From NCBI GenBank assembly GCA_052272595.1, contig DAVZJV010000001.1, forward strand, positions 1,616 through 65,615: a stretch of 64,000 nucleotides of DNA, given 5' to 3'. The notes under the pieces are model-generated. The model was not told the origin of the DNA. It did no database searches and worked only from the letters and a program-made list of their open reading frames with translations. This DNA is from Alloprevotella sp. GTDB taxonomy: Bacteria > Bacteroidota > Bacteroidia > Bacteroidales > Bacteroidaceae. Below are positions 28,341-37,147 of the stretch, piece by piece; the first letter of the stretch is position 1; each line of letters opens with the position of its first letter. The position numbers and the translations under genes are program-made.

Positions 28341-29330
28341 ATGCCCCTCCTCCGTTTTCTCAAAGACTGGACCCTCCCCATCGCCATTACCGCCGGCGTC
28401 TTGGGTTACATTGTCTACCACAGTATCCCCTTCTTCGACGCCACACGCCCCTGGGCCGAACCGACCGTGCGCATCGTGCAACCCACGCTCATCTTTACGA
28501 TGCTCTTCCTGTCCTTCTGCAAGATCGACCCCAGTCGTCTGCGTCCCGCCCCGCGCCACGTCCGGCTGCTGCTCATCCAGCTTCTGCCCTTCACGGCCAT
28601 CGCCCTGCTCATCCACTACCTGCCCCAGTTGCCCGGCAAAGTAGTGCTCGAGGCCGGCGCCCTCTGCCTCATCTGCCCCACAGCCACGGCCGCCGCCGTC
28701 GTGACGCAAAAACTCGGAGGCGAAGCGGAGGACATCATGACCTACACGATCCTCTCCAACCTCATGGTGGCCGTGGGCGTGCCGCTCATCGTACCGCTCA
28801 TACAGCCCCGCCCCGACCTGACCTTCGCCTATGCCTGTTGGCTCATTCTCCGCCAGGTCTTCCCCATGCTCATCTGTCCCCTCATCGCCGCCCAGCTGAT
28901 CCGACGCTTCCTCCCGTCATGGCAAAAGCGCCTGACGCTCCACCGCGACCTCCCCTTCTACCTTTGGGCCGTAGCCCTAAGCATCGCCATGGCCGTCACC
29001 ACGCGCTCCCTCTACCATACCGACCACTCCCTGGCCGAACTTTCCCTCATTGCTCTCATCAGTCTGGTGGCCTGCATCCTGCAGTTCGCCCTAGGACGCC
29101 TGATCGGTTCTCGTGACGGACACGCAATCAGCGGTTCGCAAGGGCTCGGACAAAAAAACACCATCTTCGCCATTTGGATGGGCTATACCTTCCTCAACCC
29201 CGCCACCTCGCTGGCAGGCGGATTCTACAGCATCTGGCACAATTTATATAATACCTACCAGCTCCGCCGATCAGCACGCTCCGCCAATGAAGGCATCTCC
29301 CCAGCCCCGAAGCAAAAGAAAATCCCATAA
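28341..29330 (+). CDS. bile acid:sodium symporter (SBF-like) family membrane transporter
   Basis: 329 aa, polytopic (roughly 9-10 TM helices). The CPTATAAAVVTQKLGG segment resembles the BASS-family signature region. Confidence 0.6.
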   Translation: MPLLRFLKDWTLPIAITAGVLGYIVYHSIPFFDATRPWAEPTVRIVQPTLIFTMLFLSFCKIDPSRLRPAPRHVRLLLIQLLPFTAIALLIHYLPQLPGKVVLEAGALCLICPTATAAAVVTQKLGGEAEDIMTYTILSNLMVAVGVPLIVPLIQPRPDLTFAYACWLILRQVFPMLICPLIAAQLIRRFLPSWQKRLTLHRDLPFYLWAVALSIAMAVTTRSLYHTDHSLAELSLIALISLVACILQFALGRLIGSRDGHAISGSQGLGQKNTIFAIWMGYTFLNPATSLAGGFYSIWHNLYNTYQLRRSARSANEGISPAPKQKKIP

Positions 29331-29391
29331 TGAACTTACGACACGACAGCCCGACACGAACGAGAACCGAGAAAGCTTCTTGTCAAAAACA

Positions 29392-29472
29392 AGCCGCCTT
29401 CCCGGATTTTCTAGCCGCCTTCTAGAAATTTCTAGCCGCCTTCTCGGATTTTCTAGAAGCCTTCCCGTTCGG
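29392..29472 (+). repeat. tandem array of 21-nt units (AGCCGCCTTCYNGRAWTTTCT), same family as 4937-5020
   Basis: Units at 29392-29412, 29413-29433 and 29434-29454, with a degenerate unit at 29455-29472. Contains the perfect palindrome CTAGAAATTTCTAG (29422-29435). Confidence 0.85.
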
Positions 29473-29534
29473 CGCTCCCCCGCAACTACACAAGAAAAAC
29501 GAGCGCAACACTTTGTAGACAAAGCCAAAAGCAC

Positions 29535-29542
29535 TAAATTTG
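29535..29542 (+). promoter_or_regulatory. candidate -7 box (TAAATTTG)
   Basis: TAnnTTTG match only 9 nt upstream of the ATG at 29551. This implies a very short or absent 5' leader. Confidence 0.3.
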
Positions 29543-29550
29543 CAGCCGCT

Positions 29551-30039
29551 ATGCAGAGCGCCACCACCCCAAGCATCCACCTCGCCAAGGCAGCCGAAGC
29601 TGGCGAACCGATACGTTTCAAGCTGGAAGACAGCTTTTTCGGTCAGCTTGACCAGTCGGAGATCACGGGAGGAGACTTGGCCGTGAGCATCCGCATCAGC
29701 CAGCGAACGCCGCAGATCTACCGCGCCACAATCAGCGTTGAGGGCACGGTAACCGTTGCTTGCGACCGTTGTCTTGCCCCCTTGAGCCTGCCTATCGCAA
29801 CAAGCGATGACGTGATCCTCAAAGACGGCCCGGCCGAAGATAGCGACAGCGATGAGACAATCTACATCGAAGACCGAAGCGGTCTCTACGATTTCTCATG
29901 GCTCATCTACGAAATCTCCGAGACGGCACTGCCCCTGCAGCGCGTCCATGAAGAAGGAGCCTGCGACGAGAGCGTTACGCAATACATCCTTAAGCCCTCA
30001 GACGAGGACGAGGACGACGAGCCCGCAGACGAGGCTTAA
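29551..30039 (+). CDS. DUF177 (YceD-like) protein
   Basis: 163 aa from the ATG at 29551. Cys pair (CDRC) and acidic C-terminal tail. It sits immediately upstream of rpmF, as in the conserved yceD-rpmF arrangement. The ORF-track extension back to 29113 crosses the repeat array and overlaps the transporter gene. Confidence 0.75.
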   Translation: MQSATTPSIHLAKAAEAGEPIRFKLEDSFFGQLDQSEITGGDLAVSIRISQRTPQIYRATISVEGTVTVACDRCLAPLSLPIATSDDVILKDGPAEDSDSDETIYIEDRSGLYDFSWLIYEISETALPLQRVHEEGACDESVTQYILKPSDEDEDDEPADEA

Positions 30040-30124
30040 AACCTCAGGCCGATGTCGACCCAAGGGGCGACCTCCTTATACAAGACTGTAATAACATACG
30101 ATATAATATAACTGACAATCCACA

Positions 30125-30313
30125 ATGGCACATCCTAAGAGAAGACAATCCAAGACCCGCACCCGCAAGCGTAGAACTCACGATGGCGCTGTAGCCCCCA
30201 CGATGGCTATCTGCCCCAACTGCGGCGGCTGGCACATCTATCACAACGTATGCCCCTCCTGCGGCTATTATCGCGGCAAGCTCGCCGTGGCACAGGAAGA
30301 GACGGCCGAGTAA
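30125..30313 (+). CDS. rpmF: 50S ribosomal protein L32
   Basis: MAHPKRRQSKTRTRKRRTH N-terminus and a CPNCG...CPSCG zinc ribbon. Confidence 0.95.
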   Translation: MAHPKRRQSKTRTRKRRTHDGAVAPTMAICPNCGGWHIYHNVCPSCGYYRGKLAVAQEETAE

Positions 30314-30360
30314 GCCGGCACACGACAACAATGAGCGGGTTCCTACCCCAACTCACACGG

Positions 30361-30444
30361 GAGTGAGTGGTGAATAGCGTGGCAGGCGGGCTGAGATAAC
30401 AGCACGGAGCCTGACCGACCTTCACCACCCACTCTTACTTTTTA
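30361..30444 (+). terminator. long-stem terminator/attenuator-like structure between rpmF and fabH
   Basis: GAGTGAGTGGTGAA (30361-30374) pairs with TTCACCACCCACTC (30421-30434) at 13 of 14 positions, followed by TTACTTTTT. Confidence 0.5.
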
Positions 30445-30501
30445 CGGGCCGTACCGCACACACTACCCAGGCACGCCCACAACCCCAACACAAGAGAAGC
30501 A

Positions 30502-31509
30502 ATGCAGACGGAAAAGATTAACGCTGTCATCACGGGCATCGGCGGTTACGTGCCCGAATACGTGCTCAACAACGACGAACTCTCGCGTATGGTCGACACC
30601 AACGACGAGTGGATCATGACGCGCATCGGTATCAAGGAGCGACGCATCCTCAATGAGGAGGGGCTCGGCACCAGCTACATGGCACGCAAGGCCATCAAGC
30701 AGCTGCTCGAGAAGACCGGCACCGACCCTCAGGAGGTTGATTGCGTCATCGTGGCCACCACCACTCCCGACTACCATTTCCCCTCAACCTCCAGCATCGT
30801 CATCGGCCGTCTGGGCATGAAAAACGCCTTCGCCATCGACATGCAGGCCGCCTGTTGCGGCTTTCTCTTCGCCATGGACGCTGCCGCCGGCATGATTCAG
30901 AGCGGGCGCTACAAGAAGATCGTCGTCTGCGGTGCTGACAAGATGTCTTCGATCGTCGACTACACCGACCGCGCCACCTGCCCCATCTTCGGCGACGGCG
31001 CCGCAGCCGTTCTCGTAGAGCCTACGACGGAGGAAAACATCGGCTGGCTCGACAGCTACCTCCGCACCGACGGCAAGGGACTCCCCTTCCTTTGCATGAA
31101 GGCCGGCGGCTCTGTCTGCGCCCCCTCCTACTTCACCATCGACCACCGCATGCACTACCTCCATCAGGAGGGTCGCACGGTCTTCCGCTTCGCCGTAACC
31201 AACATGAGCGACGTATGCGCCAAGATCGCTGAGCGCAACGGACTCAACAAGGACAACATCGCCTTCGTCGTGCCTCACCAGGCCAACGTGCGCATCATCG
31301 AGGCAGTAGCCAACCGCCTCGAGCTGCCGATGGACAAGGTGATGCTCAACATACAGCGCTACGGCAATACCTCCGCGGCAACCCTGCCTCTGGCCCTCTG
31401 GGATTATGAGAAGCAGCTCAAGAAGGGTGACAACCTCATCCTCACGGCCTTCGGTGCAGGCTTCACCTGGGGTGCAGCTTATCTGAAGTGGGCTTACGAC
31501 TCCAAGTAA
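30502..31509 (+). CDS. fabH: 3-oxoacyl-ACP synthase III
   Basis: 335 aa. Active-site Cys context (AACCGF) plus the PHQANVRII and GNTSAAT motifs. Confidence 0.93.
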   Translation: MQTEKINAVITGIGGYVPEYVLNNDELSRMVDTNDEWIMTRIGIKERRILNEEGLGTSYMARKAIKQLLEKTGTDPQEVDCVIVATTTPDYHFPSTSSIVIGRLGMKNAFAIDMQAACCGFLFAMDAAAGMIQSGRYKKIVVCGADKMSSIVDYTDRATCPIFGDGAAAVLVEPTTEENIGWLDSYLRTDGKGLPFLCMKAGGSVCAPSYFTIDHRMHYLHQEGRTVFRFAVTNMSDVCAKIAERNGLNKDNIAFVVPHQANVRIIEAVANRLELPMDKVMLNIQRYGNTSAATLPLALWDYEKQLKKGDNLILTAFGAGFTWGAAYLKWAYDSK

Positions 31510-31519
31510 GCTGACGAAT

Positions 31520-32401
31520 ATGCACAAAGCCGGATTTGTCAACATTGTGGGCAACCCCAACGTGGGGAAGTCCACGATCATGAACCTGCTCGTGGGCGAG
31601 CGCATCTCTATCGCCACCTTTAAGGCACAGACGACGCGCCACCGCATCATGGGCATCATCAACACCCCCGAAGAGCAAATCGTCTTCTCCGACACGCCGG
31701 GCGTACTCAAGCCGGGCTACAAACTCCAGGAGGAGATGCTTGCCTTCTCGGTCTCGGCCCTCCAAGACGCTGACCTCTTGCTCTACGTCACCGACGTGGT
31801 CGAGAGTGCCGACAAGCACTCCGACTTCATCGAGAAGGTGGCTAAGCTCAGCGTACCCGTCCTCGTGCTCATCAACAAGATAGACTTGAGCGACCAGCCC
31901 ACTGTCGAACGACTCATCGCGCAGTGGCACGAGATGCTTCCGAAGGCTGAGATCTTCCCGATATCCGCCAAGGCCCGCTTCGGCGTTGACGGCGTGCTCA
32001 CGCGCATCAAGGAACTGCTGCCCGAGTCGCCCCCCTACTTTGACAAGGATCAGTGGACCGACAAACCCGCCCGATTCTTCGTCACGGAGATCATCCGCGA
32101 GAAGATCCTCCTCTACTACGACAAGGAGATCCCCTATGCCGTCGAAGTGGCCGTAGAGCAGTTTAAGGAAGGGCCGAAGGAAATCCACATACATGCCGTC
32201 ATCTACGTAGAACGAGACAGCCAGAAGGGCATCATCATCGGCCACAAGGGCGTAGCCCTCAAGAAGGTTGCCACCGAAGCCCGCAAGACGCTGGAGAAGT
32301 TCTTCGCCAAACACATTTTTCTGGAAGTCTTTGTCAAAGTCGACAAGGACTGGCGTAACAACACCAAGCGCCTCGAGGCATTCGGCTATAAGCTAGACTA
32401 A
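31520..32401 (+). CDS. era: GTPase Era
   Basis: G1 GNPNVGKST, G3 DTPG and G4 NKID motifs, with a C-terminal KH domain. Confidence 0.93.
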   Translation: MHKAGFVNIVGNPNVGKSTIMNLLVGERISIATFKAQTTRHRIMGIINTPEEQIVFSDTPGVLKPGYKLQEEMLAFSVSALQDADLLLYVTDVVESADKHSDFIEKVAKLSVPVLVLINKIDLSDQPTVERLIAQWHEMLPKAEIFPISAKARFGVDGVLTRIKELLPESPPYFDKDQWTDKPARFFVTEIIREKILLYYDKEIPYAVEVAVEQFKEGPKEIHIHAVIYVERDSQKGIIIGHKGVALKKVATEARKTLEKFFAKHIFLEVFVKVDKDWRNNTKRLEAFGYKLD

Positions 32402-32458
32402 CGTAGCAAGGCTGCGCGTCAAATCTATTTTCCCACTCAAAATATCTCCACACCAACC

Positions 32459-33778
32459 GTGGCACAATTAGTAGCAATCGTAGGCCGCCCCAACGTGGGC
32501 AAATCGACCCTCTTTAACCGACTGACCGGCACACGCCACGCCATCGTGAGCGACGAGGCCGGTACGACCCGCGACCGCCAGTACGGCAAGTGTGAGTGGG
32601 GCGGACGCGAGTTTTCGATCGTTGACACGGGCGGCTGGGTCGTCAACTCTGAAGACGTCTTCGAAGGCGAAATCCGCAAGCAAGTGACGCTGGCCACCGA
32701 GGAGGCCGACCTCGTGCTCTTCCTCGTCGACACGCAAAACGGCGTTACCGACTTAGACGAAGAAGTTGCCAAGATCCTCCGCCAGGTCAAGACACCCGTT
32801 ATCCTCGTTGCCAATAAGACCGACAACAACCAAAACCGCTATGATGCGGCAGAATTCTATAGTCTCGGTCTGGGCGATCCGCAATGCATCTCCTCGATCT
32901 CGGGAAGCGGCACGGGCGACCTCCTTGACCTGATCATCGAGAAACTGGGCAAGGAAGCCCCGGCAGCCGATACAGGCGACGACAGCGTGCCCCGCATCAG
33001 CGTCGTAGGCCGCCCTAACGCAGGCAAGAGCAGCATCATCAATGCCTTCCTCGGCGAGGAGCGCAACATTGTGACCGACATCGCCGGCACCACGCGCGAC
33101 AGCATCCTCACGCGCTACAACAAGTTCGGCTTCGACTTCTACCTCGTCGACACGGCGGGCATACGCCGCAAAAACAAGGTGACGGAAGACCTCGAGTTTT
33201 ACTCCGTCATGCGCGCTATCCGCGCCATCGAAAATGCCGACGTCTGCATTCTCATGCTCGACGCCACGCGCGGCATAGAAAGTCAGGACCTCAACATCGT
33301 GCAGATCATCCAGCGCAATAACAAAAGCCTCGTTGTGGTGGTCAATAAGTGGGACCTCGTCACCGACAAGAGTCCTGAGGCGATCCGCCATTATGAAAAT
33401 GCCATCCGCAACCGCCTGGCCCCCTTCACCGACTTCCGCATCATCTTTGCCTCGGCACTGACGAAGCAGCGTATCTTTAAGGTGCTCGAAGCCGCCCAAG
33501 AGGCCTATAAGGCACGTAAGATGCGCGTCTCCACCTCTAAGCTCAACGAGGCCATGTTACCCCTCATCGAGGCCTATCCGCCCCCATCGATGAAGGGCAA
33601 GTATATCAAGATCAAGTATTGCGCACAGATACCCGACACGCAGATCCCCTCCTTTGTCTTCTACGCCAACCTACCGCAATATATCAAGGAACCCTACAAG
33701 CGCTTCCTGGAGAACAAGATCCGCGAGCAGTGGGCCTTCACGGGAACACCGATTAATATCTTCGTGCGGCAGAAGTAA
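32459..33778 (+). CDS. der: ribosome biogenesis GTPase Der (EngA)
   Basis: GTG start. Two tandem GTPase domains ([17 protein letters not shown] and [17 protein letters not shown]) plus a KH-like C-terminus. Confidence 0.93.
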   Translation: MAQLVAIVGRPNVGKSTLFNRLTGTRHAIVSDEAGTTRDRQYGKCEWGGREFSIVDTGGWVVNSEDVFEGEIRKQVTLATEEADLVLFLVDTQNGVTDLDEEVAKILRQVKTPVILVANKTDNNQNRYDAAEFYSLGLGDPQCISSISGSGTGDLLDLIIEKLGKEAPAADTGDDSVPRISVVGRPNAGKSSIINAFLGEERNIVTDIAGTTRDSILTRYNKFGFDFYLVDTAGIRRKNKVTEDLEFYSVMRAIRAIENADVCILMLDATRGIESQDLNIVQIIQRNNKSLVVVVNKWDLVTDKSPEAIRHYENAIRNRLAPFTDFRIIFASALTKQRIFKVLEAAQEAYKARKMRVSTSKLNEAMLPLIEAYPPPSMKGKYIKIKYCAQIPDTQIPSFVFYANLPQYIKEPYKRFLENKIREQWAFTGTPINIFVRQK

Positions 33779-33804
33779 AGAGGCCTCCGCCGACAAATCT
33801 CGTC

Positions 33805-34221
33805 ATGAAGCATACATTCTCATTAGCCCTGCTTACCTTGCTCGTCCTTTTGCTCACAGGTTGCAAGAAAGGGGGTGACACAGCCGGAAAAACAGCCGAC
33901 GACGCTTCGGCCGACAGCGCCGCAGTGACCTTCTATCAGATGCGGGCCAACGGGCGCTACGAGGAATACATCGATGCGATGGAGTCGTGCGACAAAATGC
34001 CTTCAGACTACAAGCAGCGTACCCTCACCATGCTCCGCCACCACGACCGCTACATCAAGGAAGAGAAGAATGGCGTCAAGGAGGTCAAGGCTCTTCGCTC
34101 CGAAACGCACGACAATGGCCGCATGGCCAACGTCTTCCTCAAGGTAACCTATGGCGACGGCTCAGCGGAAGAAGTGCTATTCCCGGTCGTCTACGACGGT
34201 AAGCGCTGGCGCGTGCAATAA
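33805..34221 (+). CDS. hypothetical lipoprotein
   Basis: 138 aa with a signal peptide and lipobox (LLLTGC). Confidence 0.7.
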   Translation: MKHTFSLALLTLLVLLLTGCKKGGDTAGKTADDASADSAAVTFYQMRANGRYEEYIDAMESCDKMPSDYKQRTLTMLRHHDRYIKEEKNGVKEVKALRSETHDNGRMANVFLKVTYGDGSAEEVLFPVVYDGKRWRVQ

Positions 34222-34248
34222 GATACCGAGGTTCACCACAAATAGTTA

Positions 34249-34285
34249 CCGTCTGTACCGATATTGGTGCAGGCGGACTTTTTAT
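34249..34285 (+). terminator. intrinsic terminator
   Basis: CCGTCTGTACC pairs with GGTGCAGGCGG (two G-U pairs), followed by ACTTTTTAT. Confidence 0.65.
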
Positions 34286-34344
34286 ATTAGAAACGCAGCT
34301 TGACGTCACACGATATGGGTATACACGCGCACATCCACTATCAT

Positions 34345-34352
34345 TACCTTTG
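34345..34352 (+). promoter_or_regulatory. candidate -7 box (TACCTTTG) upstream of feoAB
   Basis: TAnnTTTG match 84 nt upstream of the ATG at 34436. Confidence 0.35.
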
Positions 34353-34435
34353 TCACTCGCTAAAGGCGGCTAATCATCCGCCGAAAGCGTGAATGCGTGT
34401 GCTCAACGACACACCCAATACCCTCTATCCCTGAC

Positions 34436-37039
34436 ATGAAACTATCAGACTTACATACCGGCGAGACCGGCGTCATCGTCAAGGTCAATGGCCACGGATC
34501 CTTCCGCAAGCGCATCGTCGAGATGGGCTTTGTCAAAGGCAAACACGTAAAGGTCATACTCAACGCCCCGCTGCGCGACCCGATCGAATATGAGATCATG
34601 GGATACAAGATCTCGCTCCGCCGCGATGAGGCCGCCCTCGTTGAGGTCATCAGCGAGCGCGAGGCAAGTCTTGGAACCAACCTGCTCCCCGACACGGCCA
34701 AGCTCAAGGGTCTCTCTCCCCGGTCAGACGATCGCGACGAGATGCGCCGTATGCTAGATGAACGCATGAAACGCATGGCCGAGACGAAGCACCGCGTGAT
34801 CAACGTGGCCCTGGTCGGCAACCCCAACTGCGGCAAAACCTCGCTCTTTAACTTCGCTTCTGGCGGCCACGAGCACGTAGGAAACTACAGCGGCGTAACG
34901 GTCGATGCCAAGGAGGGAACCTTCACTCTTACCGTGCAGTCTACTTGTCCCGAGGGCACAGGCCACGCGGCCGATCCCTGTGTAGACTGTAGCCTTCATA
35001 AAGCCTGCACAGCAAGGGCCGACGGCAGTCTGGAGTACCGATTCCGGCTGGTCGACCTGCCGGGCACCTATTCGCTCTCGGCCTATTCGCCCGAAGAGCT
35101 TTACGTGCGCCGACACCTCATCGACGATACGCCCGATGTGATTATCAATGTAGTCGATGCCTCTAACCTTGAGCGAAACCTCTACCTCACCACGCAGCTC
35201 ATCGACATGAACCTGCGCATGGTCGTGGCGCTCAATATGTATGACGAACTGCAAGAGAATCACGATCGACTCGACTATCGCCAGCTGGGCCATTTGCTCG
35301 GCGTGCCGATGGTGCCCACCGTTTCACGCACCGGCCAGGGCATCCGCGAACTCTTCGAGACCGTCATCGCCGTCTTCGAAAATCAGAGCGACGAAGCCTT
35401 TGCCCGCCATATCCACGTAAACCACGGCGGAGAGATCGAACGGAGCATTGACCGAGTCAAGCTCATCTTCCAGCGTAACGACACGCTCCGATCTCGCTAC
35501 TCGACGCGCTATCTGGCTATCAAATACCTCGAAGGCGATAGCGAGGCCAAGCGCCTGGTCGAGACCCTTCCCGAACACGATGAACTCGTAGCCGCCCGCT
35601 ACGAAGAAGCCGAGCGACTGAAGGAAATCTATCACGAAGCCCCCGACAACGCCATTACCGATGCCAAGTACGGCTTCATACAGGGCGCCCTGCGGGAAAC
35701 ATTCCAGCCCCACGAGGCCCTCAAAGGCCGCACGCTGACGGAACGCATCGATGCGCTGGCCACCAACAAGTGGCTCGGGTTCCCGATCTTCTTCGCCATC
35801 CTCTTCGTCATCTTCTACGCCACCTTCACCCTGGGGCAATATCCGATGGACTGGATCGACTGGCTCGTAGCGAAACTGTCAGAGTTCGTCACCTTCTCAA
35901 TGCCCCCCGGCCTGCTGCGCGACATGATCGTCGATGGTGCCATTAGCGGTGTGGGCGCCGTGATCGTCTTCCTGCCCAACATTCTGATACTTTATCTTTT
36001 CATCTCCTTGTTGGAGGACTCGGGCTACATGGCGCGTGCAGCCTTTATCACAGACAAGCTCATGCACCACATGGGCCTGCACGGAAAGTCTTTCATCCCG
36101 CTCGTCATGGGCTTCGGATGCAACGTACCCGCCATCATGGCCACACGCACGATCGAGAATCCGCGCAGCCGCTTGGTGACGATGCTCGTCACACCCTTCA
36201 TGTCGTGCTCTGCACGCATCCCGATCTATGTGGTGTTGATCAGCGCCTTCTTTCCCAAACACGGGGCTTGGCTCATGCTCGGACTTTACCTAATCGGTAT
36301 CTGCGTCGCCATCTTGATGGCCAAGCTTCTGAGTAAGACGATTGTCGGGGGCAAAGACCTCCCCTTCGTCATGGAGCTTCCCCCTTACCGCCTTCCCACC
36401 GGGCGCAGCGTGCTGCGGCATACCTGGGAGAAGGGGCGTCAGTACCTACGCAAGATGGGCGGCATCATCCTTGTCTTCTCCGTCATCATCTGGGCGCTGA
36501 ATTACTTCCCCACCAGCGCTTCAACCGGTGAATCCGTGCAGGCCGAAGCTCCTACCGCATCCTCAACGACATCGCAACAGACAGCCTCCGCAGGCCATGA
36601 GGACACCGGTAACGCTGAGACCATACGTCCGGCAGACAATCCCTCTTACCTCGAGCGTCTGGGGCACACGATCGCTCCCGTCTTTGCACCCGTAGGCTTT
36701 AACTGGAAGATGAGCGTCGGCATTCTCTCGGGTGTCGGTGCCAAGGAGCTCGTGGTCAGTACGCTCGCCGTGATGTACGCAGGTGAAGACGTCGATGCCG
36801 ATGACGCTGCCACCGATATGCGTCTCTCTCAGTCACTGCGTAACCACATGACCCCTGAGCAGGCTTTCTCCTATCTGCTTTTCATCTTGCTCTACTTCCC
36901 CTGCATCGCCACCATAACGGCCATCAAGAATGAAAGCGGGCATTGGCGATGGGCACTCTTTGCTGCAGGCTATACCACCCTGGTTGCCTACCTTGTCTCC
37001 TTGGCCTATTACCAGATCGCCACGGCACTCGGAGCTTAA
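34436..37039 (+). CDS. feoB: ferrous iron transporter, fused FeoA-FeoB
   Basis: Start at MKLSDL (34436). FeoA SH3-like domain (aa 1 to about 72). FeoB G-domain (GNPNCGKTSLFN, DLPGTYSL, NMYD). Polytopic C-terminal permease domain. Confidence 0.92.
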   Translation: MKLSDLHTGETGVIVKVNGHGSFRKRIVEMGFVKGKHVKVILNAPLRDPIEYEIMGYKISLRRDEAALVEVISEREASLGTNLLPDTAKLKGLSPRSDDRDEMRRMLDERMKRMAETKHRVINVALVGNPNCGKTSLFNFASGGHEHVGNYSGVTVDAKEGTFTLTVQSTCPEGTGHAADPCVDCSLHKACTARADGSLEYRFRLVDLPGTYSLSAYSPEELYVRRHLIDDTPDVIINVVDASNLERNLYLTTQLIDMNLRMVVALNMYDELQENHDRLDYRQLGHLLGVPMVPTVSRTGQGIRELFETVIAVFENQSDEAFARHIHVNHGGEIERSIDRVKLIFQRNDTLRSRYSTRYLAIKYLEGDSEAKRLVETLPEHDELVAARYEEAERLKEIYHEAPDNAITDAKYGFIQGALRETFQPHEALKGRTLTERIDALATNKWLGFPIFFAILFVIFYATFTLGQYPMDWIDWLVAKLSEFVTFSMPPGLLRDMIVDGAISGVGAVIVFLPNILILYLFISLLEDSGYMARAAFITDKLMHHMGLHGKSFIPLVMGFGCNVPAIMATRTIENPRSRLVTMLVTPFMSCSARIPIYVVLISAFFPKHGAWLMLGLYLIGICVAILMAKLLSKTIVGGKDLPFVMELPPYRLPTGRSVLRHTWEKGRQYLRKMGGIILVFSVIIWALNYFPTSASTGESVQAEAPTASSTTSQQTASAGHEDTGNAETIRPADNPSYLERLGHTIAPVFAPVGFNWKMSVGILSGVGAKELVVSTLAVMYAGEDVDADDAATDMRLSQSLRNHMTPEQAFSYLLFILLYFPCIATITAIKNESGHWRWALFAAGYTTLVAYLVSLAYYQIATALGA

Positions 37040-37084
37040 GGGGTAGGACAATACAACCACGACCTTGCTACACAAATCAACGGA

Positions 37085-37132
37085 CTGAAGCCGCCCCCTC
37101 TTAAAGAGGGATAGGCTTCAGCCCGTTTTCGT
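37085..37132. terminator. hairpin between convergent feoB and the dxs-like gene (bidirectional terminator candidate)
   Basis: CTGAAGCC pairs with GGCTTCAG, and the inner CCCTCTT pairs with AAGAGGG. T-rich tail on the + strand. Confidence 0.6.
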
Positions 37133-37147
37133 TATCTCAGTGTATGG

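Noticed and set aside
29113-29550. Upstream extension of the DUF177 ORF (the ORF track gives 308 aa)
   Set aside because: The extension overlaps the transporter gene in another frame and reads straight through the 21-nt repeat array (…SRLLEISSRLLGFSRSL…). A candidate promoter box lies at 29535, so the start was reset to the ATG at 29551.
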